In this document: positions 16,948 through 26,339 of the stretch, piece after piece
Position numbering within the stretch: the stretch's first letter is position 1
How the letters are laid out: each line of letters begins with the position of its first letter
NCBI GenBank assembly: GCA_021802055.1
Contig: JAKAAY010000004.1
Location: 16,177-80,176, forward strand
Length of the DNA stretch: 64,000 bases
DNA from: Thermoplasmata archaeon
GTDB lineage: Archaea > Thermoplasmatota > Thermoplasmata > Thermoplasmatales > Thermoplasmataceae
Direction: 5' to 3'
Program-made: the position numbers and the translations under genes
The notes under the pieces: generated by a model
Told to the model about the DNA's origin: nothing
Databases searched by the model: none
What the model saw: the letters and a program-made list of their open reading frames with translations, nothing else

Positions 16948-17874
16948 ATGATAGAAGAGCTCAGAAGTCTGGCAGGGCAGATCACGTTCAAGCAGAAGCT
17001 TGATGTGTTTCCCAACGACAATGATTTCGACAGGATCCTTATTTTTGGAATGGGTGCGTCTGGTCTGGTGGGGAATATTTTTCAGGAAATATACAGTGAT
17101 ATGCCCGTCATAACTGTCAATGACAGGAATGTCCCCAATTTTGTCAATGGCACCACCCTTGCCATAGGCATAAGTTACTCGGGAAATACTGTGGAAACTG
17201 TCGATGCTCTTGCAGAGTGCGCCAGAAACGGGGCCCATATAAGAACCATTACCTCGGGTGGAATCCTGGGCTCCGAGTCATATAACCCGCTCATCGTGCC
17301 GGCGGGTCTTCAGCCCAGATCCTCACTTGGCTATCTTCTGATCCCGCTCTTCAGGACATTTATGTCCTTTGGAAATTCCGATTACAACGAGACCCGTGAC
17401 ATCCTTGCTGCCATGGACAGCAACAATTCTGACATCAGGAAGATGGCTGAAGCCCTGAACGAGAAAGGCAGCATTCCCTTCATATATGGTTTCTGGCCGT
17501 TCCGATCCATTGCATACAGGTGGAAAACCCAGTTCAACGAGAACTCAAAGTGTCTTGCTTACAGCGGATATTTCCCAGAAATGGCCCACAACGACATAGT
17601 GGCTTTGCGTCGTACCTTTCTCAGGGACAAGATCAGTTTCATCGCGTTCGACCCCGTTGAGAACCGGTTTGTGTCGGAGAGAATAAAGGCCATCTCTGAG
17701 ATTACTGAAACAGATTTCACTCTCATACGGCCACGAGGGAAATCCCTGCTGGCCAGACTGTTTTACCTGATCCATTTTGGCGACTATCTGTCCTATTACC
17801 TGGCACTGGAGAGGGGGATCGATCCCGTAGACGTTAGCGAAATCACCGAACTGAAGCGGAGAGTTAAGAATTAG
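16948..17874 (+). CDS. Bifunctional phosphoglucose/phosphomannose isomerase (SIS domain)
   Basis: GMGASGLVGN, ISYSGNTVET, WKTQFNENSK and EMAHND match the archaeal PGI/PMI family. Confidence 0.8.
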   Translation: MIEELRSLAGQITFKQKLDVFPNDNDFDRILIFGMGASGLVGNIFQEIYSDMPVITVNDRNVPNFVNGTTLAIGISYSGNTVETVDALAECARNGAHIRTITSGGILGSESYNPLIVPAGLQPRSSLGYLLIPLFRTFMSFGNSDYNETRDILAAMDSNNSDIRKMAEALNEKGSIPFIYGFWPFRSIAYRWKTQFNENSKCLAYSGYFPEMAHNDIVALRRTFLRDKISFIAFDPVENRFVSERIKAISEITETDFTLIRPRGKSLLARLFYLIHFGDYLSYYLALERGIDPVDVSEITELKRRVKN

Positions 17875-19706
17875 GGTTCCAGTAGCCTTGAATTTCCCGG
17901 GGGGAGGATGGACTCTATCTCCTCCACATCCACAGCAAGGATTTCTGCTATCCTTCTCGCAACCGACAGGCGCTTCGTGTCTCCAGGGGCTATCCTCACA
18001 AGTTTGGTTTCAACGTTTCTGGGTATGCCCACCGGAGAGATCATGGGAATTACTGCGTCCCCGTACTGGTAGAGTCCTATCTCAAGCTCCATTCTGAGAT
18101 TGAACACGTAATTCCTCTTTCCCCTGATTATCCATGCACCCTTGGAGACATACTCTCCGGATTCAGCGGTCTTGCTCACCTGTTCCGGAAACACCCAGTA
18201 TGCCGAGCCAGATGCAATCCCTGCAGCCCATGCCCTGGAAAAGGAGATTGCAAACGTGCACACCTGCCTGACGGATTCCTCATTTATCTCTCCGGAAGTC
18301 GAACGCTTAACCACGGTACTCGGGGCACCGTACAGGTCCGCATGCACGTAGAGATCGTTATGCTCCAGGTGCTTTTTGACGAGATTCTCATTGGTCTTTC
18401 TGTCTCTCCCAGCCAGCACCAGTTGGCCGTCCGCAGTCATATACCAGTGGTATACCTCAAACCAGTTCTTCTGTCTCCGTTTTGGCCTAGCCTGTTTTTC
18501 TGAATGTTCCAGCAGTCTTTCAGATTCTACCAGCGCGACCTCCGCTCCATGCGCCTTCTCCACGTATTCCTTGGAAATGGAGAACAGATCGCTGGCATTC
18601 TCTCCTGCGGTTCTGGCGACGTTCAGCGGAAGTTCAGCCTCCCCCTTCTGCAGATACACCTTCCCGCGGTCGTAGTCAATGCTCTTTATTGGCATCCCGT
18701 CGATTGTCTCCCCGGGCTTGAGTGTCCCGGACTTTATGCCCTCCCTGAGAGCTTTCAGCATACCGCCATAATATGGCAGCTGGGAGATGATCTCCTGACC
18801 GAGGGCTTTCATGACTGCGGAGTGTCTCATGAACTCCTCTATGCTTCTCCGCTGAGACTCTATTCTCCTCGCCAGTGGCTTCTCCTGCATGGTGGTCTCT
18901 GGATACTTGGCAAAATAGAAGGAGAGCCCCTCGCCCAGATCATCAAATATTCTGTCCGGGTCTTTCCTAAGAGACCTCATGGTTACCGGGGACAGGACCT
19001 GCTCTTCATCGTAATAATACGCCCTGCCTGCTCCTGCCTCGTCTGCAATTTCATGGAAAGAACGCAGTATTTCAACTGCACGATCGGAGACGTCCACAGC
19101 CTTGATATCTTTTCCCACGCCTATTCTGAAGCATATCTCCTCGGCCAGGTCTCCTCCCGTGTTCATTCTCGTGGCAATGGTTTGGACTATGGTTCCCGTG
19201 CTTCCCGAAAGAATGGCTGACGCATCCTCCGAAGTGAGTTCAAAGGGGTTGATGGAAACCGGAGGAACGTATTTCTCCCCCTTGATCAGTTTCCGGTTCT
19301 TCCATTCCCTCGGGTTCAGGACAAAAGTGATGACCTGATCCTGTGTTATGATCAGGTTGCCCTCCCTGAACATTTCCAGGATCAGCTGCTGTCCTCCATA
19401 TAGCTTCAGGATGAGCACCCTGTCGAAGGAGTGCTGCCTGATCTCCTCGATCTTCCTCTCGGAGAGCATCTTCCTCAATGTAAGGGCGAGCATTCCAGGC
19501 TCCCTGCCCTGATCAGCGTCCATGAAGGCCACCCCTCTTTCCAGGGACACATATAGGTTCCTTCTCTTTGTGTCGCTACGGTAAATCTGGAATATGAATG
19601 ATTTGGCTCCTACCTGATGGATCTTCTTGATAAAACTGCCTGCAATTTCAGAGCTATATACGGAGACAAATGAATAGAGATCCAGCGAAGACTGTTTCAG
19701 CCTCAT
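17871..19706 (-). CDS. NFACT-family protein (RqcH/Rqc2/FbpA homologue, DUF814)
   Basis: The N-terminal NFACT-N pattern (FIKKIHQ...FQIYRS) is present. The C-terminal VLAGRDRKTNENLVKKHLEHNDLYVHADLYGAPSTVVK is typical of NFACT-R/DUF814. Confidence 0.8.
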   Translation of the reverse strand: MRLKQSSLDLYSFVSVYSSEIAGSFIKKIHQVGAKSFIFQIYRSDTKRRNLYVSLERGVAFMDADQGREPGMLALTLRKMLSERKIEEIRQHSFDRVLILKLYGGQQLILEMFREGNLIITQDQVITFVLNPREWKNRKLIKGEKYVPPVSINPFELTSEDASAILSGSTGTIVQTIATRMNTGGDLAEEICFRIGVGKDIKAVDVSDRAVEILRSFHEIADEAGAGRAYYYDEEQVLSPVTMRSLRKDPDRIFDDLGEGLSFYFAKYPETTMQEKPLARRIESQRRSIEEFMRHSAVMKALGQEIISQLPYYGGMLKALREGIKSGTLKPGETIDGMPIKSIDYDRGKVYLQKGEAELPLNVARTAGENASDLFSISKEYVEKAHGAEVALVESERLLEHSEKQARPKRRQKNWFEVYHWYMTADGQLVLAGRDRKTNENLVKKHLEHNDLYVHADLYGAPSTVVKRSTSGEINEESVRQVCTFAISFSRAWAAGIASGSAYWVFPEQVSKTAESGEYVSKGAWIIRGKRNYVFNLRMELEIGLYQYGDAVIPMISPVGIPRNVETKLVRIAPGDTKRLSVARRIAEILAVDVEEIESILPPGNSRLLEP

Positions 19707-20239
19707 CTTGCAATAGGCGAATCTGTTCTATGTATTCCTATTTTGCCCAGAAGATACCCCTTGCAATGAATGATGATCTCAATGTCTGTTGGACGGAAAG
19801 GACTTGTAATTCTATCTCCCGGTTCACGAGGGAAGAAGCAATCCCTGGCGAGATGTTACAAAGAGGAGGAACGACCTGATGTACAACGCGTCTCTCTGCA
19901 CCCGAACGAGCACATTCAGTTCAATATAGGCATGTCGCAGAACCAATATGCTATGAGTGTGTACGTCTTCTACCCAATGGATATCATATGATGCAGGTGT
20001 TAATATTTTACTACACGTTTTAAAATTCACCGACTGGGATAGGCAGGGATTTTGCTAACCCAGTGCTTGGCATAGCGGGACCTGGGGCCATGGGACTGAA
20101 CGTCATGCCACCAGTTAATATTGGAGTTCAGGTGCAGATTTTGTTACAATTTCCATCCTTGCGATCGCTGTAACTCCCGCAACTGATGACTGCAGGGGTG
20201 ACGGAAAAGCCAATGACACCGGTAACACAGATCGCTGTG

Positions 20240-20257
20240 AACAGGTTCGAACCTGTT
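20240..20257. promoter_or_regulatory. Perfect 18-bp palindrome AACAGGTTCGAACCTGTT
   Basis: Read directly from the sequence; it is its own reverse complement. It lies 113 bp upstream of the EamA transporter start, inside an ORF-poor gap. Confidence 0.4.
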
Positions 20258-20370
20258 AACCCAAAGCGTTACGATGCAAATGTCATTTCGAATTAACGCT
20301 CATTTCCATGCCACCGGGTTGCAAAGACTCCCCGCTCAAGTGGAATATAATATGGCGAAGAGATTGAGGA

Positions 20371-21231
20371 ATGGACTTGAAGGATTCGGAAGCAACTCTC
20401 CTCTTCCTCTTTATGGCATGTTCATATGCCCTGAACTACCCCATTCTAAAGATCGCATTTACCATGGAGCCGCCATTGGTGGTCCTTTTTTACAGGATCC
20501 TTTTCGCACTGGTATCCTCATTCCCCTTTCTCGTCTTCAAGCTGAAAGAATTCCCAGTGAGACATGGGGATAATGTCGTGGTGCTGCTTGTTTCCATGCT
20601 CAATATAGTGGGCTTCATGGGATTATGGTTCATTGGCGAAAGCATGGTCAGTGCCAGCCTGAGCTCCATTCTGGTATACACATACCCTCTCTTCAACGTG
20701 CTACTTTCTGTTATATTCATTAGAGAGAAGCCAGGCAAAGGCACCATTGCCGGCATGATCATAGGATTCATTGGCGTAATAATGGTTGCTTCAGCTAATG
20801 TCTATCTCAATGGTTATCTTGGAGTTGTGCTTCTCATTGTCAGTGCGTTGAGCTGGGCCGCTGGCACCGCGGTTTTCAAGAAAAAGACCGCACACATAGA
20901 TGTCAGGACGATTAACGTCCTGCAGTACGCATACTCACTTCCCGTAATCCTAGTGCTGACATACGTTGTGGGAGGATCCCCGTTCTCCGGCCTGACCCCG
21001 GAATTCATTGGTGTGGGACTTTATCTTGGCCTTGTTGGGACCTATGTTCCTTACCTCATATACCTGATCCTTTTCAGAAATTATTCCATCTCTAAAATTT
21101 CCCCTTATTTCTTCATAATTCCAGCGATATCAGTTGTGTTCAGCAGCATCTTACTTGGCGAGAGAATAAGCCTGCTCACGGCATCCGGTTTTGCCGTAAT
21201 TTCATTTGGCGTATTTCTTAGCAACAGGTGA
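20371..21231 (+). CDS. EamA/DMT-superfamily transporter
   Basis: Ten predicted TMs in two EamA-like halves; 286 aa. Confidence 0.8.
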   Translation: MDLKDSEATLLFLFMACSYALNYPILKIAFTMEPPLVVLFYRILFALVSSFPFLVFKLKEFPVRHGDNVVVLLVSMLNIVGFMGLWFIGESMVSASLSSILVYTYPLFNVLLSVIFIREKPGKGTIAGMIIGFIGVIMVASANVYLNGYLGVVLLIVSALSWAAGTAVFKKKTAHIDVRTINVLQYAYSLPVILVLTYVVGGSPFSGLTPEFIGVGLYLGLVGTYVPYLIYLILFRNYSISKISPYFFIIPAISVVFSSILLGERISLLTASGFAVISFGVFLSNR

Positions 21232-21269
21232 CTGGAACCCTCTAAGGGGGCGTTTTCATGGGGATAGTC

Positions 21270-22247
21270 CTATGAATTTAGTGAATACAGCTTCTTCCTC
21301 ATGTCAGTCATGTCTCTTGTCTCCCGGATGAGACCCTGCCTGATGAGGGACGAAAGCGAATTCTGTGTTGTCCTCCGGTTGAGGCCGGTCAGTTTCATGA
21401 CTCTCTCCTGATCAACGGTGCCATGGGAGCTTATGATGTAATAGACAAAACGGGAAGAAGGTCCTCCATTTATGTCAGGAAGTACTGAGTGGATCCCGAA
21501 TGTATCCCCCCGGAGGCTCTGACGCTGTGTCTCCAAGGCAGCAACGCTTCCGACACCCACGTTACCCAAATTCACCTCACTTCCAAGTCTCAGGATTAGG
21601 TTGGTCTGCTGCATTTCCTGTGGCGCTTCGAACATGATCTTTCCAAGCCCGAATTCCGATACAATGGCATCGACCCAGTCCCACTTTATTCCCCCTGCGT
21701 CATCATAAATTGCGACGCTTCTCCCCGATTCCCGTCCCTCCACAATCGCGATGTCCGGATCAAGATCAATGGCCACGTGGAGCCTGTCAAGTGTCGCTTT
21801 CAGGGTCAGTTGATTTCTGGAGTCTTTCTTTCCTACTTCTATGTGCACACGCATTCCCAGGGATCTGGCAAGTTCCACCATGCCTCTTTTCTCTGTTCTC
21901 GGAATCTCAATGAGCCCTTCGCTAATCTCAAGGGTCCCGAAGCCTGTCCTGGATAGTTCACGTATGCACGTCTCCTGCTTCCTCTTGGTCGTGCAGTATT
22001 CAAGCAGGGTCCCTCCATTGGATACACTTACCCCCAGGGAGGTCCAGCCCCTGACCCATCCCTCCAGCTCGTCTGCGTCAATCAGAAATGGGATGCCCCA
22101 GCCGATCTTGACGACATCAATGAACTCGGAGAGCGATCTTGCCACAGGACCGAGGCCGCCGGAAACCCGATCAAGAACCATTGTCACGCCACTGACATGT
22201 GGTTTGGGCCTGGAAGCATCAATCACGCTCTGAAGAAATTTAGCCAT
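21270..22247 (-). CDS. comA: Phosphosulfolactate synthase (ComA family) fused to a C-terminal winged-helix domain
   Basis: The first 250 aa or so align by eye with ComA (VVKIGWG, GGTLLEY, TLEISEG, IVEGRESG, IMFEAPQ, SLRGDTFG). The extra 75 aa or so (FVYYIISSHGTVDQERVMKLTGLNRRTTQNSLSSLIRQGLIRE...KKLYSL) look like a MarR/TrmB-type wHTH. Confidence 0.8.
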   Translation of the reverse strand: MAKFLQSVIDASRPKPHVSGVTMVLDRVSGGLGPVARSLSEFIDVVKIGWGIPFLIDADELEGWVRGWTSLGVSVSNGGTLLEYCTTKRKQETCIRELSRTGFGTLEISEGLIEIPRTEKRGMVELARSLGMRVHIEVGKKDSRNQLTLKATLDRLHVAIDLDPDIAIVEGRESGRSVAIYDDAGGIKWDWVDAIVSEFGLGKIMFEAPQEMQQTNLILRLGSEVNLGNVGVGSVAALETQRQSLRGDTFGIHSVLPDINGGPSSRFVYYIISSHGTVDQERVMKLTGLNRRTTQNSLSSLIRQGLIRETRDMTDMRKKLYSLNS

Positions 22248-22376
22248 TGTGAGAGAGCGGTACAGCGTATATGAATATAATGTCTGTATCTATATCATAT
22301 ATACGCAAATTATGCAGATTATATGAAGAGTTGTAGCACATAATATGCCTTATTTTCCTCAGGCAGATAAGGTGCA

Positions 22377-23132
22377 ATGGAATTGTGGAAAGCATCAGGA
22401 TTAACGGAGGAATCTATGGATGCAGAGACCCTCATAAGATGGACTGCTGAAACGTTTGGAAACAAGTCGATGTTTGCATGCAGCTTTGGAGCAGAAGACA
22501 TGGTCATTCTGCACATGATTGTGCGCATGCGCGGTGAGATAAGCGAATTGCCGGAGATCGTCACCCTGGACACCGGCAGACTTCACGAGGAAACGTATGC
22601 TCTCATGCAGTCGGTAAGGGAGACTTATGACATAGAGATCAGAACTCTGACCCCCGCCACCGGGCAGTTGAGCGAAATGGTAACTGTTCACGGACCAAAT
22701 CTATTCTACAAGTCTGTGGAACTCAGGAAATTGTGCTGCAGGGTCCGAAAAGTCATTCCGCTGGAGGAAGAACTGGAAAGCCACAGCGCCTGGATCACAG
22801 GGGTAAGAAAGGAGCAGTCTGAGGAACGGTCGAGTGTCGTGAAGATCGCCTCCGATCCCGTAAGGCCTCATCTTTTGAAGGTAAATCCTCTTTCTGACTG
22901 GAGCACACAGCAGTTGTGGGACTATATCAGGCAAAATAACGTTCCTTACAACTCCCTGCATGATAGGGGTTTTCCCAGCATAGGTTGCGCTCCCTGTACC
23001 AGGGCCGTTGCAGCAGGCGAAGACCTGAGGGCAGGGAGGTGGTGGTGGGAAGGCGGAAAGAAGGAGTGCGGAATCCACACACAGTCTGGAGATGTTCATA
23101 CTGGGTTCATAACGAAGGTTGACCGGAAATGA
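22377..23132 (+). CDS. cysH: Assimilatory adenylylsulfate/phosphoadenylylsulfate reductase (CysH), Fe-S cysteine type
   Basis: SFGAEDMV and the C-terminal KECGIH are present. The CC...CxxC set (LCCRVRKVIPL, SIGCAPCT) is characteristic of [4Fe-4S] APS reductases. Confidence 0.85.
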   Translation: MELWKASGLTEESMDAETLIRWTAETFGNKSMFACSFGAEDMVILHMIVRMRGEISELPEIVTLDTGRLHEETYALMQSVRETYDIEIRTLTPATGQLSEMVTVHGPNLFYKSVELRKLCCRVRKVIPLEEELESHSAWITGVRKEQSEERSSVVKIASDPVRPHLLKVNPLSDWSTQQLWDYIRQNNVPYNSLHDRGFPSIGCAPCTRAVAAGEDLRAGRWWWEGGKKECGIHTQSGDVHTGFITKVDRK

Positions 23133-24268
23133 TACCAGAACCCCATGGAGGAAAGTTGGTTTCAGTCGGGGTGGCAGATGCAGAGAAGGCTCTTGAGTTC
23201 TCTGCAGACCAAAGGATCATGGTGCCGGAAGGGGCCAGGATCGCTGCGAGACTGATTTCCACCGGAGTTTACAGTCCGCTGACCGGCTTCAACACCAGTG
23301 AAGAGACGGATTCAGTTCTCAAGGAACAGCGGCTCCCCGACGGAAATATCTGGCCAATCCCCGTGCTGCTTCAAGTCAGTGAGCCTGACTATCAGGGGGG
23401 GCGTGAAGGGGAAGAGATCCTGATCCATGACTGCAACGGACCTGTGGCTGTCATCGTTATTTCGGAAAAATTTCAGATTGATCTTAAGGAGGCGTCCAGA
23501 CACATCTTCGGAACCACAGATGAGAAGCACCCTGGTGTTTCCGCGTTCATGTCCTGTGGAGGAAACATCCTTGCCGGGCCCATGCGGTATGTGTTTCCAT
23601 TTGAATTCCCGTTTCAGAGCAGAATTCTTTATCCTGGCGACACAAGAGAATATTTCAGGCGTAAGGGCTGGAAGCAGGTGACTGCATTCCAGACGAGGAA
23701 CATTCCACATCTGGGCCATGAATACATCCACCTGAAGGCTCTTGAATCCAGCGACGGCTTATTCATAAATCCGGTGACCGGAAGAAAGAAAAGTGGAGAT
23801 TTCGGTGATAACGCCATAATCGCAGCATATGACGCAATGCAGGCCCACCATTATCCGGAAGGAAGGGTGCTCATATCTCCCATCACCTATGAAATGCGGT
23901 ATGCCGGACCCAGGGAGGCACTGCAGCACGCGATTATGAGAAAGAACTTTGGCGCTTCCCGCTTCATTGTGGGCAGGGATCATGCTGGAGTCGGCAACTA
24001 TTATGGACCGCTTGATGCCCAGCGGAACTGTGAATCCTTCGAGGACCTGGGCATTGAGATCATGAAGATAGGGGAGGCTTCTTACTGTAAGGACTGCGGT
24101 AAGGTCACCTCTATAACTGAGTGCTCCCACGGGCCCTCATCTAGAATCAGGATAAGCGGCACGGACGTCAGGGATATAATCAGGGGAGGAACAGCTCCAG
24201 ACAGCATGCTGCTCCGGAAGGAAGTCCTGGCGGCGGTGAGGTCCGTAGGTCAACAGTTCCATGCCTGA
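23129..24268 (+). CDS. sat: Sulfate adenylyltransferase (ATP sulfurylase)
   Basis: QTRNIPHLGHEY and GRDHAGVG motifs. It overlaps cysH by 4 nt. Confidence 0.9.
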   Translation: MIPEPHGGKLVSVGVADAEKALEFSADQRIMVPEGARIAARLISTGVYSPLTGFNTSEETDSVLKEQRLPDGNIWPIPVLLQVSEPDYQGGREGEEILIHDCNGPVAVIVISEKFQIDLKEASRHIFGTTDEKHPGVSAFMSCGGNILAGPMRYVFPFEFPFQSRILYPGDTREYFRRKGWKQVTAFQTRNIPHLGHEYIHLKALESSDGLFINPVTGRKKSGDFGDNAIIAAYDAMQAHHYPEGRVLISPITYEMRYAGPREALQHAIMRKNFGASRFIVGRDHAGVGNYYGPLDAQRNCESFEDLGIEIMKIGEASYCKDCGKVTSITECSHGPSSRIRISGTDVRDIIRGGTAPDSMLLRKEVLAAVRSVGQQFHA

Positions 24269-24270
24269 AA

Positions 24271-24903
24271 TCACGTGGGCAGGAGAGAATATGGAATAAA
24301 ACCGAGATATGCTGGAAGCAGTGGGATCATTGCATACAGCGAAATGTGTATGGCTATGTCAGAGTATATGTTTCCCCTGAGATAGTATAAGGCACCATAG
24401 AGCATTCCCATGCCAAACATATCGAGGAAGAACAGCGGAAGAAATAATCCGGGATACCCTGCTGTTTCGAAAATAACATAGGATGAGTACAGCGCTGTAA
24501 AGGCAATGGCCTGCAAAATCACTGCCCTGCCTCTGCCAGCATAAGCCGAGATCTTGTTCTGGAATACGAAGCGGAAATTGAGCTCGTCGATGAAGGCGTA
24601 TGGAAAAAATAGCCCCCAGGGACTCAGGCCGAGATACAGCCAGGCGATACCCCAGCCAATGATGACGACGATCAGAATGATGAGATCGCTGGAAACTATT
24701 AGTGACCTGAGTTTGTCACGTAGAGCCGGATCTGTAAGGCACAGACCCAGAAGCAGAACGGGCGTGATATATACATAAAATCCGTAGAAGAGGCCTGCCA
24801 AACCTGAACTGCGTTCGAACGCCAGGGTACCGAAAAACGTGCCGAATAAGAAGGCCTCGACCAGGATGAAGTAGAGAAGGAATCTGTTTTCAGCCATAGT
24901 CAT
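24271..24903 (-). CDS. Polytopic membrane protein, possible CPBP (CAAX) family intramembrane protease
   Basis: IDELNFRFVF resembles CPBP motif 1 (EExxxR) and a late AIHISLY resembles motif 3. The match is only partial. It is the last gene of the oxidase operon. Confidence 0.35.
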   Translation of the reverse strand: MTMAENRFLLYFILVEAFLFGTFFGTLAFERSSGLAGLFYGFYVYITPVLLLGLCLTDPALRDKLRSLIVSSDLIILIVVIIGWGIAWLYLGLSPWGLFFPYAFIDELNFRFVFQNKISAYAGRGRAVILQAIAFTALYSSYVIFETAGYPGLFLPLFFLDMFGMGMLYGALYYLRGNIYSDIAIHISLYAMIPLLPAYLGFIPYSLLPT

Positions 24904-26339
24904 GCAGCCCTTGCCGCGGCTACCCTGCTCAGGGCAGCGTTAGTCGTGATCCACAGCAGAGGGTAGGATAAAGCCACAAGGACGATTGAAAAGAAAAATA
25001 CCTCAGATGCTCCGAATGAGGCCCATGGAGAATACCCAAACTCTGCCGTATAGTAGAGCATGACAAGGGCAAGCAGGCTGATCATCATGGCAATGGTCTC
25101 CCAGTAAATCCCCCTGGATTTTGTACTGATGGTGGAGTAAACGAAACCCGTTCCAAGGCCGGCTGCAAATGTAACAAGGATCATCACTCCATAGAGAACG
25201 AAGTTCTGCAGCACGCTGGCAACAAGCGGGGGAATGAACCATACAAACATTGCAGTAGAGCACAGGGTGAAGATTCCGGAAGCCATTAATGTACCCGGTT
25301 TGAGGTTGAGATTTGCCACCTTCGCAAGGATTATGAAGAAAAGCATGCCATCGAGGTACATGACGATGTTCATGCCAAAGAAGAAGTATATGGTGTACTG
25401 CCACCCAAGCAAGCTGCCATAAATCAGCAGGATAATGGGAGCAAGTAGCAGAATGGCATATATTGGAGCCTTCATGGAGGTCTGCTCCCTATGTCTCTCG
25501 AAGGGTGGAAAGCCTCGGTTCCTCAGGAAATAGGTCTGAAGGAGCAGGTTTGTCATCACCACCAGAATGGCGCTTTCTGCTATCAATGGAATGAATATGA
25601 GGTTGACTACAAGGGATGCCAGCGATGGCAGTGCAGCCAGAATGCCCTCGCACTGGCATGAAAACAGCACGAGACCTGAACCCACCAGGTCTGGTCTGAG
25701 ATATCTCCCGGTTCCTGAGACCAGATTATAGATCATCGAGAAATTCTGGGTAATGACTGACGCCAGAAAACCCGTAAGCAGGAGGTAAACGGGGCTCAGC
25801 GTCATGACAAGGTGCCCTGAAGATACATAGTCGCTGTAGGCGAAAAGGGCTGGGACTCCTGCAGGGTTCTCATCATCATAAATGGACCCCAGGATGATGT
25901 TATTCACACTGACCGGTTCGTATCTGATGATGCCGGATATGAAAACAAACAGGAATTCTATCCCCACGAACAGTGCCAGAACAATAAAATTGCGCCTTCC
26001 CGGGTACCTGTCTGCGTACGTGATCAGCGAAACAAGCAACGGCATGATGATAAATGGGGTCGCGATGAGACGCTCATTCAGGAGAAGAAGCACAATGAGC
26101 GAGAAGACAAACGACGCGTGCAGGTACCTGGCGTACGTATGAAGACGTCGGGATGCCACCGAAGCTGGAACAGAGAGGATGAACAGTATGGCCAGCAGAG
26201 CATATAACGTGGGAAGTGCCTGCGGTTCCGTTATGAGATAACCCGAGATGGACTGAAAGTAAAGGTAGAGAACTATTGAAAGATCAGTAAGGATCAGCAC
26301 CAATAGATCTCTGGAAGCAACTTTCATGCAATTATCCAC
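24900..26339 (-). CDS. 479-aa polytopic membrane protein of unknown function in the oxidase operon
   Basis: At least 12 hydrophobic segments and an intramembrane FSCQCEG motif. It is translationally coupled on both sides (4-nt and 16-nt overlaps). Confidence 0.5.
   Translation of the reverse strand: MDNCMKVASRDLLVLILTDLSIVLYLYFQSISGYLITEPQALPTLYALLAILFILSVPASVASRRLHTYARYLHASFVFSLIVLLLLNERLIATPFIIMPLLVSLITYADRYPGRRNFIVLALFVGIEFLFVFISGIIRYEPVSVNNIILGSIYDDENPAGVPALFAYSDYVSSGHLVMTLSPVYLLLTGFLASVITQNFSMIYNLVSGTGRYLRPDLVGSGLVLFSCQCEGILAALPSLASLVVNLIFIPLIAESAILVVMTNLLLQTYFLRNRGFPPFERHREQTSMKAPIYAILLLAPIILLIYGSLLGWQYTIYFFFGMNIVMYLDGMLFFIILAKVANLNLKPGTLMASGIFTLCSTAMFVWFIPPLVASVLQNFVLYGVMILVTFAAGLGTGFVYSTISTKSRGIYWETIAMMISLLALVMLYYTAEFGYSPWASFGASEVFFFSIVLVALSYPLLWITTNAALSRVAAARAA

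Noticed and set aside
19824-20030. A fourth tnpB relic on the minus strand (IHWVEDVHTHSI compared with VVIEDLNVSGM; CNISPG...VNREIELQVL compared with CGNIKH...DRDLNAAKNI).
   Set aside because: The matches are very short, need several gaps, and come with no end hairpin. This is not distinguishable from chance by eye.
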